Positions 16,305-25,446 of a stretch of DNA of 64,000 bases are shown in pieces. The notes under the pieces are model-generated. The model was not told the origin of the DNA and did not search any database. It saw only the letters and a list, made by a program, of their open reading frames with translations. Source of the stretch: an uncultured Verrucomicrobia subdivision 3 bacterium (GTDB taxonomy: Bacteria; Verrucomicrobiota; Verrucomicrobiia; Limisphaerales; DASXHY01); NCBI GenBank assembly GCA_937890005.1, contig CALBZA010000026.1:3841-67840 (forward strand), written 5' to 3'. The translations under genes and the position numbers were made by a program. Within the stretch, counting starts at the first letter, position 1, and every line of letters starts with the position of its first letter.

Positions 16305-17336
16305 ATGACACTCAAACAAATCTATAAAAAGACTTGCTCCGAATATTTTTCAATTCCAGATGAGGAAACAGAGTCTGCATTCGGCCAGCGCAAGCCGATA
16401 GGAGGAGATGTTCTGAACAGAAGCCCAGCCAAAGAAAAGTTCTACCAAGAGCATCTGCGCTACACGGAAATTGTGCCTTCTATCGAACACACAGAGATAG
16501 GTGAGGACGTCGTGTTGCGACGATTCATGGATTTGCCAAAATTCATCGACCTCATTGTCAATAAGCGACTGTTACTGCCGACTGTCAAAAAACTGCAAGA
16601 GGGAGACCCACATGAATGTGAGGCATCACCAGACTACAGCAGAATTTCAGATGATGCTTTGAAAAAAAGTATTTTGGATTTGGCAGAGGAATACGTCACA
16701 GAAGCAGACTTGAATTTATGGCGCCCGCTACAGTTTGACTTGCTTGTCCTTGGCCAACGCCAACCAGTCACCAAGAGCTCTGTGAGTGAAGTCCTAGACA
16801 AGATGTCTCAAGACGAGCTTAGGCAGGCTGCGTGGTGTGTTGAGCACAGGAGATTGCAAGATGAGCTTTGCTGCAATTGTTGGTATGATAGCGAACTGGA
16901 ATCCGATGCCATGTGGAGGCTCTATTGCGACCGTGTAGGAGTTTCCATCGCAACCACGGTAAAAACTTTGCAGAGATCGATTAAATGTGAAGTTCCAATG
17001 ATATTCAAAGACCGCATGAAACTGCATCTCGCAAAGGTGACCTACAGCGATGCTTCAACAGTTTCAGATGCCCCATCGTGGTTGATTAAGAGGTCCGCAT
17101 TCAGACATGAACATGAAGTTCGCTTTTTCATCGATTATCCATTCCCTCGAAACGAAGGTTTTGTACTAACAGTTGAACCTTTGACACTGATAGAGGAAAT
17201 GACGGTTTCTCCCTATGCACCGCGCTGGCAGGCTAACGCAATTGAAGCCATGGCCCGCCGAATTCTAGGAGACGGACTGAAAATCAAAGCATCAAAGCAT
17301 CGCAACTCACTGAAGCCGCCTTGGCCTCAACGTTAA
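16305..17336 (+). CDS. DUF2971-like protein
   Basis: 343 aa, AT-richer. Matching segments, in DUF2971 motif order, are [67 protein letters not shown] and [15 protein letters not shown]. Confidence 0.6.
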   Translation: MTLKQIYKKTCSEYFSIPDEETESAFGQRKPIGGDVLNRSPAKEKFYQEHLRYTEIVPSIEHTEIGEDVVLRRFMDLPKFIDLIVNKRLLLPTVKKLQEGDPHECEASPDYSRISDDALKKSILDLAEEYVTEADLNLWRPLQFDLLVLGQRQPVTKSSVSEVLDKMSQDELRQAAWCVEHRRLQDELCCNCWYDSELESDAMWRLYCDRVGVSIATTVKTLQRSIKCEVPMIFKDRMKLHLAKVTYSDASTVSDAPSWLIKRSAFRHEHEVRFFIDYPFPRNEGFVLTVEPLTLIEEMTVSPYAPRWQANAIEAMARRILGDGLKIKASKHRNSLKPPWPQR

Positions 17337-17615
17337 GGCGAGCGTTTACATCAATGACGCCGAGGATGGATTAATTCACGATTACGACGTCTGGCTGGAG
17401 AAACTCGCGCCCCACGCGCCGACGTCGCAGTATCATCACAATCGCACCGGCGAGGACAATGCCGACGCGCACATGAAACGCCAGATCATGGGACGGGAAG
17501 TCGTCGTCGCGATCACCAAAGGAAAGCTCGACCTCGGACCCTGGGAACAGATCTTCTACGGCGAATTCGACGGCCGCCGCCGAAAACGTGTTCTCGTGAA
17601 AATCATTGGCGAATA
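17337..17615 (+). repeat. direct repeat copy B
   Basis: See copy A. Confidence 0.9.
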
Positions 17616-17616
17616 A
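17341..17616 (+). pseudogene. yjbQ: yjbQ 3' portion, copy B (no start codon; probably the displaced native 3' end)
   Basis: Encodes the same peptide, [10 protein letters not shown]...KIIGE, ending in TAA. Track ORF 17371..17694(-) is its antisense shadow. Confidence 0.75.
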
Positions 17617-17642
17617 CTCGCTCCCGGAAAACGAACGTTGCT

Positions 17643-17659
17643 GCGGGTCACAGACCCGC
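17643..17659 (+). terminator. hairpin GCGGGTC-ACA-GACCCGC after yjbQ copy B
   Basis: Read directly from the sequence. A T-rich stretch appears only ~35 nt later. Confidence 0.35.
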
Positions 17660-17820
17660 GCTCCTGTGACGGTCCACTGAGCGGCGCTTTGCATTTTTTG
17701 CCCTGCTTTCCCGGCTGTTTTTTGTCCTTTCCTGAAAATAAATTCATCTAAGCCCGGCCATGATCGCGCCGATAGTAGGGAGGTCGGCTCCTGACATGGA
17801 CCGCATGGCAGTTAGATGAA

Positions 17821-20457
17821 ATGCATTTGAATATGGAAAGCCGACGGATTCTGGTCGTGGATGACAATCCCGCCATTCATCAGGATTTCCGCAAAATCCT
17901 GGGGCAGGACGTGCCCGGCCTGAATGAACTGCAATCGACCGAAGCCGCCTTGTTCGGCGACACCGACTTCGAACCCGAAGAAACCCGATACGAACTCGAC
18001 TCGGCGTTTCAGGGTGAACAAGCGCTCGAAATGGTCAGGAAAGCTGTTCAAGAAGGCCGTCCTTACGCGATGGCCTTCGTGGACATGCGGATGCCGCCCG
18101 GCTGGGATGGCGTCGAGACGACCGTGAGATTGTGGGAGGTCGATCCGCACCTTCAAATTGCGTTCTGCACGGCGTATTCCGATTACTCCTGGAAATCAGT
18201 GCGCACGAAGCTCTCCAAGGTGGACAGTTTCGTAATTCTCAAAAAACCTTTCGAGACGGTGGAAGTCCTTCAACTGGCCGACGCCTTCTCGACCAAGCGG
18301 CGTCTTTCAGTCGAAACCGAATTACATCTCCGCGAACTGCGCGAAAGCCAGGAACGCTATCACCTTTTGACCAATGCGGTACCCGCCGGGGTTTGGACTG
18401 CGAACAGCAACGGTGAAGGCGACTATGTGAACAAACAGCTGAAGGAATACTGCGGCTGGTCACACGATCACATGGGAGGCGCGGCGTGGCAGGAGCATAT
18501 TCATCCGGACGATTACCCAGCCACGATCGAGACATGGCGAAAATCGCTGGCGAGTGGCGGCGTCTTTGAAAGCGAATTCCGTTTTCGAAAGGCGAACGGT
18601 GAATATCACTGGCACCTTTCACGCGCGCAACCGTTTCGCGGCCCGGATGGCAGCATCCTCCAATGGGTCGGCACACTCACAGACATCGAGGCGCAGAAAC
18701 AGCTCGAACAAACACTGCGGGACTCCAAATCCGAACTTGAGGCTCGCGTCGCCGAACGCACGAACGCTCTCGCACGGGAACGTGATCTTCTGATGGCTCT
18801 GATGGAGCACGCGCCGGACTCGATTTATTTCAAGGACGCCTCGTTCCGTTATACGCGCATCAACAAATCCTTCGCACACCTTTTGGGACTCAACGATCCC
18901 GCCGAGGCTGTCGGCAAAACGCTTCAAGAGTGTTGTCCGCACAGCAGCAACGTGCAGGACATCGTGCACGAAGAACGAATGGCCGTGACGGGCGAACCGA
19001 TCGTGGACTGGCGCATGCCGATCCGCTCGCCGTCGGGAAAGATCGTCTGGATTTCAAACACGAAGGTTCCTCTCAGAGATCGCGAGGGCAAGTTCGTCGG
19101 CATCGTTGGAATCGCCCGCGACATCACGGAACGCAAATTGTTCGAAGAAGAACTCGCATATGAACGCGAACTGCTCCGGACACTTCTCGACAGTTCGCCG
19201 GACTTCATCTTTTTCAAGGACACGGAATCCCGGTTCCTCCGCTGCAGCCAGACGCTGGCGGAACAATTCGGCACCACGCCGGAGCAGATCATTGGAAAAA
19301 AATCCTCCGACTTCCTCGAAAGCGAACACGGCGAAGACTCCTACAATGACGAGCAGCGGATTATCGAGACCGGAGAATCAATCGTCGGAAAACTCGAACA
19401 GCTGAGACTGAAAGGCAGCAGCGAGCTCCGATGGATTCTCACGAGCAAGATGCCGCTCCGGAATGCGGAGGGAAAAATCATCGGCACGTTCGGCATTTCG
19501 AAGGACATCACCGAGATCAAGGAAAACGAGCGCGCGCGCCAGATGATGGAACTTCAGCTGCGCCAGGGACAGAAGCTCGAGGCCATCGGCCAGCTCGCCG
19601 CCGGCATCGCGCACGAGATCAACACGCCGACACAATACGTTGCCGACAACACGCGGTTCCTTCGCGATTCCTTCGCCAGCATCTTCAATGTCCTGAACGT
19701 CGGCAAGGAACTGCTTGAGGCCACCCAGAAAGGAACTGTCACTGACGTTCTCGTTCGGAACGTCGAAGCCACGATCCACTCCGCCGACCTCGACTATCTG
19801 TCAGAACAAATTCCCGCTGCGATTCGCGAAACGCTGGAAGGTGTTGAGCGCGTCACGAAAATCGTCCGTGCGATGAAGGAATTCTCGCATCCCGGCGGCA
19901 AGGACAAATCGCCCGCGGACCTGAACAAAGCGATTGAAACAACCGTCACCGTTGCACGCAACGAGTGGAAGTATGTCGCCGACATGGTGCTGGAACTGGA
20001 TCCCGCCCTGCCACAGATCCCCTGTTTCATCGGTGAATTCAACCAGATCGTGCTGAACCTCGTCGTCAACGCGGCCCATGCAATCAGCGACGTTGTGAAA
20101 CAGAAGCCGGGAACGAAAGGCACGATCACCGTCAGCACGCGACGCGATGGGGATTGCGTTGAATTGCGTGTGAGCGACACGGGAACCGGCATCCCCGAGT
20201 CCGCGCGAGGTCGAATCTTTGAACCCTTCTTCACGACGAAGAATGTCGGCAAGGGCTCCGGCCAGGGGCTTTCGATCGTTTACGGAAGCGTCGTGAACAA
20301 GCACAACGGAACAATTCATTTCGAGACCGAAACCGGCAAGGGAACGACATTCATCATCCGACTGCCGATCGCCCCGTCGTCCGAATTGAAATCAGGCCAC
20401 GTTGGACGCGCACCGGCGGTTCATCTCAACAAACTTCCCCAGCCCGCCCATTCATGA
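17821..20457 (+). CDS. hybrid sensor kinase: N-terminal REC, three PAS-like regions, HisKA-HATPase
   Basis: RILVVDDNPAIHQDF...AFVDMRMPPGWDG forms the REC domain. Repeated PAS-like blocks follow (WTANSNGEGDYVN..., IYFKDASFRYTRIN..., FIFFKDTESRFLRCS...). H-box GIAHEINTPTQYV. G-boxes DTGTGIP and GSGQGL. Confidence 0.9.
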   Translation: MHLNMESRRILVVDDNPAIHQDFRKILGQDVPGLNELQSTEAALFGDTDFEPEETRYELDSAFQGEQALEMVRKAVQEGRPYAMAFVDMRMPPGWDGVETTVRLWEVDPHLQIAFCTAYSDYSWKSVRTKLSKVDSFVILKKPFETVEVLQLADAFSTKRRLSVETELHLRELRESQERYHLLTNAVPAGVWTANSNGEGDYVNKQLKEYCGWSHDHMGGAAWQEHIHPDDYPATIETWRKSLASGGVFESEFRFRKANGEYHWHLSRAQPFRGPDGSILQWVGTLTDIEAQKQLEQTLRDSKSELEARVAERTNALARERDLLMALMEHAPDSIYFKDASFRYTRINKSFAHLLGLNDPAEAVGKTLQECCPHSSNVQDIVHEERMAVTGEPIVDWRMPIRSPSGKIVWISNTKVPLRDREGKFVGIVGIARDITERKLFEEELAYERELLRTLLDSSPDFIFFKDTESRFLRCSQTLAEQFGTTPEQIIGKKSSDFLESEHGEDSYNDEQRIIETGESIVGKLEQLRLKGSSELRWILTSKMPLRNAEGKIIGTFGISKDITEIKENERARQMMELQLRQGQKLEAIGQLAAGIAHEINTPTQYVADNTRFLRDSFASIFNVLNVGKELLEATQKGTVTDVLVRNVEATIHSADLDYLSEQIPAAIRETLEGVERVTKIVRAMKEFSHPGGKDKSPADLNKAIETTVTVARNEWKYVADMVLELDPALPQIPCFIGEFNQIVLNLVVNAAHAISDVVKQKPGTKGTITVSTRRDGDCVELRVSDTGTGIPESARGRIFEPFFTTKNVGKGSGQGLSIVYGSVVNKHNGTIHFETETGKGTTFIIRLPIAPSSELKSGHVGRAPAVHLNKLPQPAHS

Positions 20458-21650
20458 AGCAGCTTCTTTTTGTCGATGACGAACCCCGCATTCTCCAGGC
20501 GCTCCAACGCCAGCTTTACGGAATGCGGAATGAATGGAATATGCATTTTGCCGAGAGCGGCGCCAAAGCCCTCGAACTTCTCCAGTCAACTTCGGTCGAT
20601 GTGATCGTCACCGACATGATGATGGCGGGCATGGATGGTGCGCAGTTGCTGGACGAAGTGATGGTCCGGTATCCGAATACCGTGCGGATGGTCCTCTCCG
20701 GTCACGCAGATCGGGAATCCGTGCTGCGCCTGGTCGGTCCGGCGCATCAATATCTTTCCAAACCGTGCGACGCCGACGAGTTGCGCGATGCCATCAACCG
20801 CGCATTCGCGCTTCGCGACCTTCTGGCCGACCAACGCCTCAAGCAACTCGCCGCCCGGTTGCGCGCGCTGCCGGTGCTCCCAACGCTTCACATGCAGCTC
20901 ACGGATGAACTGCGGAAGGAAGAACCGTCGCTCGAGCGCGTCGGCGAAATCATCGGACAGGATCTCGCGATGACCGCGAAGATTCTGCAGCTCGTCAACT
21001 CCGCGTTCTTCGGCCTTCCCCAGCAGCTTTCCGGTCCGGCAGACGCTGTGATGTATTTGGGACTTTCGACCATTCGCGCGCTTGTGCTGTCGTTGCAGGT
21101 CTTTTCGCAATTCGATCAGAAATCCATTCCGACCTTCTCCATTGAAGGCCTCACGCAGCACTGCTGCACCACGGCGGCGTTCGCGCGCCGGATTTCCGAA
21201 GTCGAACATTCGGGAAAGAAGCACGAAGACCAGTGTTTCCTGGCCGGGATGCTGCACGATGTCGGCAAACTGGTGCTCGCGCATGGTTTGCCGGAGGAAT
21301 ACAGCCGGGTGCTGGAAACCGCGGCGGCGGAAAACATCCCTCTGCAGGAAGCCGAAATCGCTCAGTTTGGCGCGACGCACTCCGAGGTTGGTGCCTACCT
21401 GCTCGGTCTGTGGGGCCTGCCGAATCCGATCGTGGAGGCGGTTGCCCTGCATCATCACCCCGAACAGGCCAGTGGCAAAGGCTTCTCGCCGCTCGTCGCG
21501 GTGCACGTCGCAAATGTTCTCGCCACGGAAAATTCAGGCCAGACCTTGCACGACGCCTCCATCCGGATCAACATGGCGGCTCTTGAGAAACTCGGAGTTC
21601 ACGACCGGCTTCCGGCCTGGAGAGAACGCTGTTTCGATGACGGACTGTAA
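20454..21650 (+). CDS. response regulator with an HDOD output domain
   Basis: LLFVDDEPRILQAL...IVTDMMMAGMDG forms the REC domain. HDOD-like segments are LPVLPTLHMQL...GEIIGQDLAMTAKILQLVNSAFFG and GMLHDVGKLVL. ATGA overlap with the kinase. Confidence 0.85.
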   Translation: MKQLLFVDDEPRILQALQRQLYGMRNEWNMHFAESGAKALELLQSTSVDVIVTDMMMAGMDGAQLLDEVMVRYPNTVRMVLSGHADRESVLRLVGPAHQYLSKPCDADELRDAINRAFALRDLLADQRLKQLAARLRALPVLPTLHMQLTDELRKEEPSLERVGEIIGQDLAMTAKILQLVNSAFFGLPQQLSGPADAVMYLGLSTIRALVLSLQVFSQFDQKSIPTFSIEGLTQHCCTTAAFARRISEVEHSGKKHEDQCFLAGMLHDVGKLVLAHGLPEEYSRVLETAAAENIPLQEAEIAQFGATHSEVGAYLLGLWGLPNPIVEAVALHHHPEQASGKGFSPLVAVHVANVLATENSGQTLHDASIRINMAALEKLGVHDRLPAWRERCFDDGL

Positions 21651-21662
21651 TGCCTTTGATCC

Positions 21663-22817
21663 ATGAGCGACCGCATTCTTTTTGTTGACGACGATCCGCA
21701 TCTGCTTGCGGCCTGCGAACGCAGTTATCGCCGGCGCTTCAAGCTCGACACCGCCGATGGCGGCGAGGCGGGCCTGAAAAAAGTTCAGGAAAACGGCCCG
21801 TATGCCGTGGTGATTTCGGATCGCCAGATGCCGGGCATGGATGGCATCCAGTTCCTCACCCAGGTGCGCCAGCGCGAACCGGACACCGTGCGCATCATGC
21901 TCACGGGAAACGTCGATCTCGAACACGCCGTCCGCGTGGTGAACGAAGGAAACATTTTCCGTTTCCTCATCAAGCCATGTCCGCCGGACATTCTCACCAA
22001 GGCGATCGAGGATGGACTCGCGCAACATCAACTGGTGCTCGCCGAGCGGGAACTCCTGAACAAGACGCTGAGCGGAAGCGTGAAGCTGCTCACGGACATT
22101 CTCTCCATGATGGATGCGAGATCATTCGGCCACACCGAAAAGACGCGCGCGCTGATGAACGAAATCGCCGGGAAGATGTCGCTGCAAAATACGTGGGAGA
22201 TGAACATCGCCGCGATGCTCGCCCCGATCGGGCTCGTCACGCTCCCGCCCGAAACCGTCGTCAAATCCCGCGCCGGCCAGGTGCTTTCAAAACTTGAGGA
22301 ACAGATGGTCGCCTCCGCGCCCGACACCGCGGCGCGATTGCTTTCGAACATTCCCAGGCTCGAAGGCGTCGCACGCATCGCTCATTACCAGCACAAGCGT
22401 TTTGACGGCACCGGATTTCCTCCGGACGACGTGAAAGGCGATGCAATCCCCTTCGGCGCGCGGCTCCTGAAAATTGTTTCCGACCTGACGGGGATGATTG
22501 CCGAGGGAAAACTTCCGCTCGCTGCACTTTCCGAAATGCAGCATCGCGCCGGTTGGTACGATCCGAAGCTGATGGCCGAGGTGCGCGCCTGTTTCGGCGG
22601 CGCCGATGTCGATGCCGGAAAAGTGAAGGAGACCGTTGCCGTGCTTGTTCGCGACCTGAACGTCGGGATGGTGCTTCACTCCAGCGTGATGACGAAGGAC
22701 GACACGCTCGTTCTCGCCGCAGGGCATCAGATCAACGAAATGAGCCTGGAAAAAATCCAGAATTTCGAACAGCTCTCCGGCATCAAGGAACCGATCTTCG
22801 TCGAAGTCGCAAACTAA
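21663..22817 (+). CDS. response regulator with a degenerate HD-GYP-like domain
   Basis: ILFVDDDPHLL...VISDRQMPGMDG forms the REC domain. In the C-terminal domain, AAMLAPIGLV sits where LHDIGK is expected, and YQHKRFDGTGFP where HHE+xDGxGYP is expected. Confidence 0.8.
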   Translation: MSDRILFVDDDPHLLAACERSYRRRFKLDTADGGEAGLKKVQENGPYAVVISDRQMPGMDGIQFLTQVRQREPDTVRIMLTGNVDLEHAVRVVNEGNIFRFLIKPCPPDILTKAIEDGLAQHQLVLAERELLNKTLSGSVKLLTDILSMMDARSFGHTEKTRALMNEIAGKMSLQNTWEMNIAAMLAPIGLVTLPPETVVKSRAGQVLSKLEEQMVASAPDTAARLLSNIPRLEGVARIAHYQHKRFDGTGFPPDDVKGDAIPFGARLLKIVSDLTGMIAEGKLPLAALSEMQHRAGWYDPKLMAEVRACFGGADVDAGKVKETVAVLVRDLNVGMVLHSSVMTKDDTLVLAAGHQINEMSLEKIQNFEQLSGIKEPIFVEVAN

Positions 22818-22856
22818 CCAGGCTTACGCCTCTCGCCTCGCGCCCCGTTTGCCTCT

Positions 22857-23537
22857 TCAGTGGCAACACGATCCCATCGCGAGATCCGGACTGAGATACG
22901 GAATGCCGAGCGACATTCCGCGAAGGATCAGCAGGGTGGCCAGAAGGAAAACGGAAACTGGAATTGCCTTCACGAGCTTCAAACGGACTGAAACCGGAAT
23001 CAGTTTTCCCGACAGGCTGATCGCCAGCATCATGGGAACCGTGCCCGCTCCGAACGCAGCCATGAATCCAGCGCCTCCCAGAACGTCCCCCGACGTGGTG
23101 GCCCCGGCACCCGCCACGTAAACCAGTCCGCACGGCAGCAGGCCGTTCAAGCTTCCGAGCAATGTGAGTGACGCGAACGAACGGCGGCGAAGCATCCCCG
23201 CCATCCGAACCTTCAGCCAGCCCACGAGAGCGGTGACCGGTTGCCACACGGCCAGCTTGCGTGAGCTGAACAATCCGACGAGCAACAGCACGCCCAACGC
23301 GATCGATGCCCAGCGTTGCACCCCAGCGAGCCAGAAAGTTTTCCCAAGCAGTCCAAATACGATTCCCAGTGCGCAATACGTCAGCACACGTCCCAAATTG
23401 TAGGCGGCTCGCCCCGCAGCGAAACTGACCGCGCTGCCACCCGTCACCGGAAGCGCCATCGCCAGAGGACCGCACATTCCCGCGCAGTGAAGGCTGCCGA
23501 GCAGCCCAAGAATGAACGCTGCGAAGTAGTCGGTCAT
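22857..23537 (-). CDS. TauE/SafE- or DsbD_2-like membrane protein, last gene of the cbb3 cluster
   Basis: MTDYFAAFILGLLGSLHCAGMCGPLAMALP... contains the HCxxMCGP motif, and the protein has multiple TM spans. Only the 3' part of track ORF 22857..24080 is coding. ATGA overlap with ccoH. Confidence 0.75.
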   Translation of the reverse strand: MTDYFAAFILGLLGSLHCAGMCGPLAMALPVTGGSAVSFAAGRAAYNLGRVLTYCALGIVFGLLGKTFWLAGVQRWASIALGVLLLVGLFSSRKLAVWQPVTALVGWLKVRMAGMLRRRSFASLTLLGSLNGLLPCGLVYVAGAGATTSGDVLGGAGFMAAFGAGTVPMMLAISLSGKLIPVSVRLKLVKAIPVSVFLLATLLILRGMSLGIPYLSPDLAMGSCCH

Positions 23538-24004
23538 GATGGCCTTGCTTCGACGACAACCTTGCCATCGACGCGATAATCGGAGCCGTTTGCCGTCCAA
23601 TAAACCTTCACCTTCCACAATCCCGGCTGCAGCTGGGCGGCATCGATCGATTGAGTTCCATTGGCGTCCGGCTTCAGTTCGATGTTCCGATCCAGGCCTG
23701 CGGCGGACGGTCTGTAGAGATGAATCCGTCCTTGAGTCGCCCCCTGAACGTGTCCGGCCGGAACAGTTACGACGATCTTCTGCTGTTCGCCGTTGTACGC
23801 CACACCGGCTTCGTCTCCGAGTTCCTGTCCGCGCTGCATCCGGTCGATCTGGTTTTGAAAGCGGATTTCCTCCTCGTAGTAGTTGCTGCTGACGAGATCG
23901 GAATCGTTCCGGCAGGCGATCACGATCAGTGCAATCGTGCCGCTGATGAAAAGAACGAACGTGAGGATGATGCCGTAAGGCCAGAGATTGCGTTTGGTGT
24001 TCAT
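23534..24004 (-). CDS. ccoH: FixH/CcoH family protein
   Basis: 156 aa with an N-terminal TM (WPYGIILTFVLFISGTIALIVIA). Sits directly after ccoG. Confidence 0.75.
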   Translation of the reverse strand: MNTKRNLWPYGIILTFVLFISGTIALIVIACRNDSDLVSSNYYEEEIRFQNQIDRMQRGQELGDEAGVAYNGEQQKIVVTVPAGHVQGATQGRIHLYRPSAAGLDRNIELKPDANGTQSIDAAQLQPGLWKVKVYWTANGSDYRVDGKVVVEARPS

Positions 24005-24006
24005 GT

Positions 24007-25431
24007 TTATTTCGTCTTGAGTCGCGGTCCGATGAACATGGTTTTGAGCGTTTCGACCTTTTTTCCCTCGGCGTAAACACCGACCACGAGCGGCGTCTGC
24101 CCCGGCTTCATCGCTTCCGGTTCGAGTTCAATCAGCAGCGACGTCTCGGCCAGCTTTCGCGGTTCCACTTCAAATGGCTGGCTTCCCATCACGCGCAGTT
24201 CGCCTTCGATGTTCTCCAGCCTGAACTCAACAGGCATCTGCCGGGCCGTCTTGTTCACAACCTTGACCGTGTAAAGATTGCTGAAACGCCCGTCAGGCAT
24301 CTGCTGGAACAGCGCTCCGGGCGCGCGCAGCAGCGAGGTCTGCAAATCGGACCGGGTGAAGATCAAAAATGTTTCCAGGCTGATCAGCGCGAGGATGATG
24401 CCCGTGTATATCATCAGGCGCGGCGTGACCCTGAGCCGTTCACCGCGCTCGATGCCATTCAGCGACGCGTAGCGGATCAATCCCTTCGGCCGGCCGATCT
24501 TCGTCATCACGGTGTCGCAGGCGTCAATGCACGCTGTGCAGTTCACACATTCCATCTGGGTGCCGTTCCGGATGTCGATGCCCGTCGGGCAGACGGCCAC
24601 GCATTGATTGCAGGAAACACAGTCGCCCAGTCCGTCAGCCTGGCGTTGCTCGACGGTCTGGCTGCGCTTGAACGGGCCGCGCTTTTCACCCCGCTTGTAA
24701 TCGTAGGCAACAACGATGCTGTTCTCGTCCAGAAGCGCGGACTGAAACCTTCCGTACGGACAGATAAACGTGCAGGCCTGTTCGCGGAATCGCGCAAAGA
24801 TCAGATAAAACACCGCAGTGAACAGCAGCATCGCTGTCAGGCCGGTCAGGTGATTCGCCGGATTGTCGGTGATGATCCGGAAGAGCTGGTCCTTGCCGAT
24901 GATATAGGCGAGCAGCGTGTTTCCAATGATGAATGACAGCGCAAAGAAGATCGTTTGTTTTCCGACCTTCTTCACGATTTTTGAAAACGTCCACGGTGCC
25001 GCAGCCAGTGCGCGCTGTTGATGCGCATCGCCTTCAATGGCGTATTCGATCTTCCGGAAAACCATTTCCATCAGCACCGTCTGGGGACAGGTCCAGCCGC
25101 ACCAGAGCCGGCCATAGACCGCGGTGAAGATTGCAATGCCGGTGAAGAACACGAGCAATCCGACGGCGAGAATGATTCCGTCCTGCGGCCAGAACACCTG
25201 TCCGAGAATGACGAACTTGCGTTCGACCAGGTTCATCATGAGGAGCGGCTCGCCGGCAATCTTCACGAACGGTCCGATGAACATCACTGCCAGCAGCACC
25301 CAGCTCATCCACGTCCGCCAGCGGAAGAACCGGCCATCGACTTTCTTTGGATAAAGCCACTGGCGGCGGCCCTCCTTGTCGGCGGTGGAGAGTCGGTTGC
25401 GAAAATCGTCCTGGGCGGTGTTGTTCATCAC
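24007..25431 (-). CDS. ccoG: cytochrome c oxidase accessory protein CcoG/FixG (4Fe-4S)
   Basis: CVSCNQCVAVCPTGIDIR and CVNCTACIDACD ferredoxin motifs, TM segments, and a C-terminal FixG_C-like domain. Confidence 0.9.
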   Translation of the reverse strand: MMNNTAQDDFRNRLSTADKEGRRQWLYPKKVDGRFFRWRTWMSWVLLAVMFIGPFVKIAGEPLLMMNLVERKFVILGQVFWPQDGIILAVGLLVFFTGIAIFTAVYGRLWCGWTCPQTVLMEMVFRKIEYAIEGDAHQQRALAAAPWTFSKIVKKVGKQTIFFALSFIIGNTLLAYIIGKDQLFRIITDNPANHLTGLTAMLLFTAVFYLIFARFREQACTFICPYGRFQSALLDENSIVVAYDYKRGEKRGPFKRSQTVEQRQADGLGDCVSCNQCVAVCPTGIDIRNGTQMECVNCTACIDACDTVMTKIGRPKGLIRYASLNGIERGERLRVTPRLMIYTGIILALISLETFLIFTRSDLQTSLLRAPGALFQQMPDGRFSNLYTVKVVNKTARQMPVEFRLENIEGELRVMGSQPFEVEPRKLAETSLLIELEPEAMKPGQTPLVVGVYAEGKKVETLKTMFIGPRLKTK

Positions 25432-25446
25432 GAACGGATTGAGCGG

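Noticed and set aside
22857-24080. 407-aa minus-strand ORF read as one gene
   Set aside because: Only 22857..23537 fits a TauE/DsbD_2-like membrane protein that starts at MTDYF. The upstream part overlaps the FixH/CcoH gene, which is in another frame.
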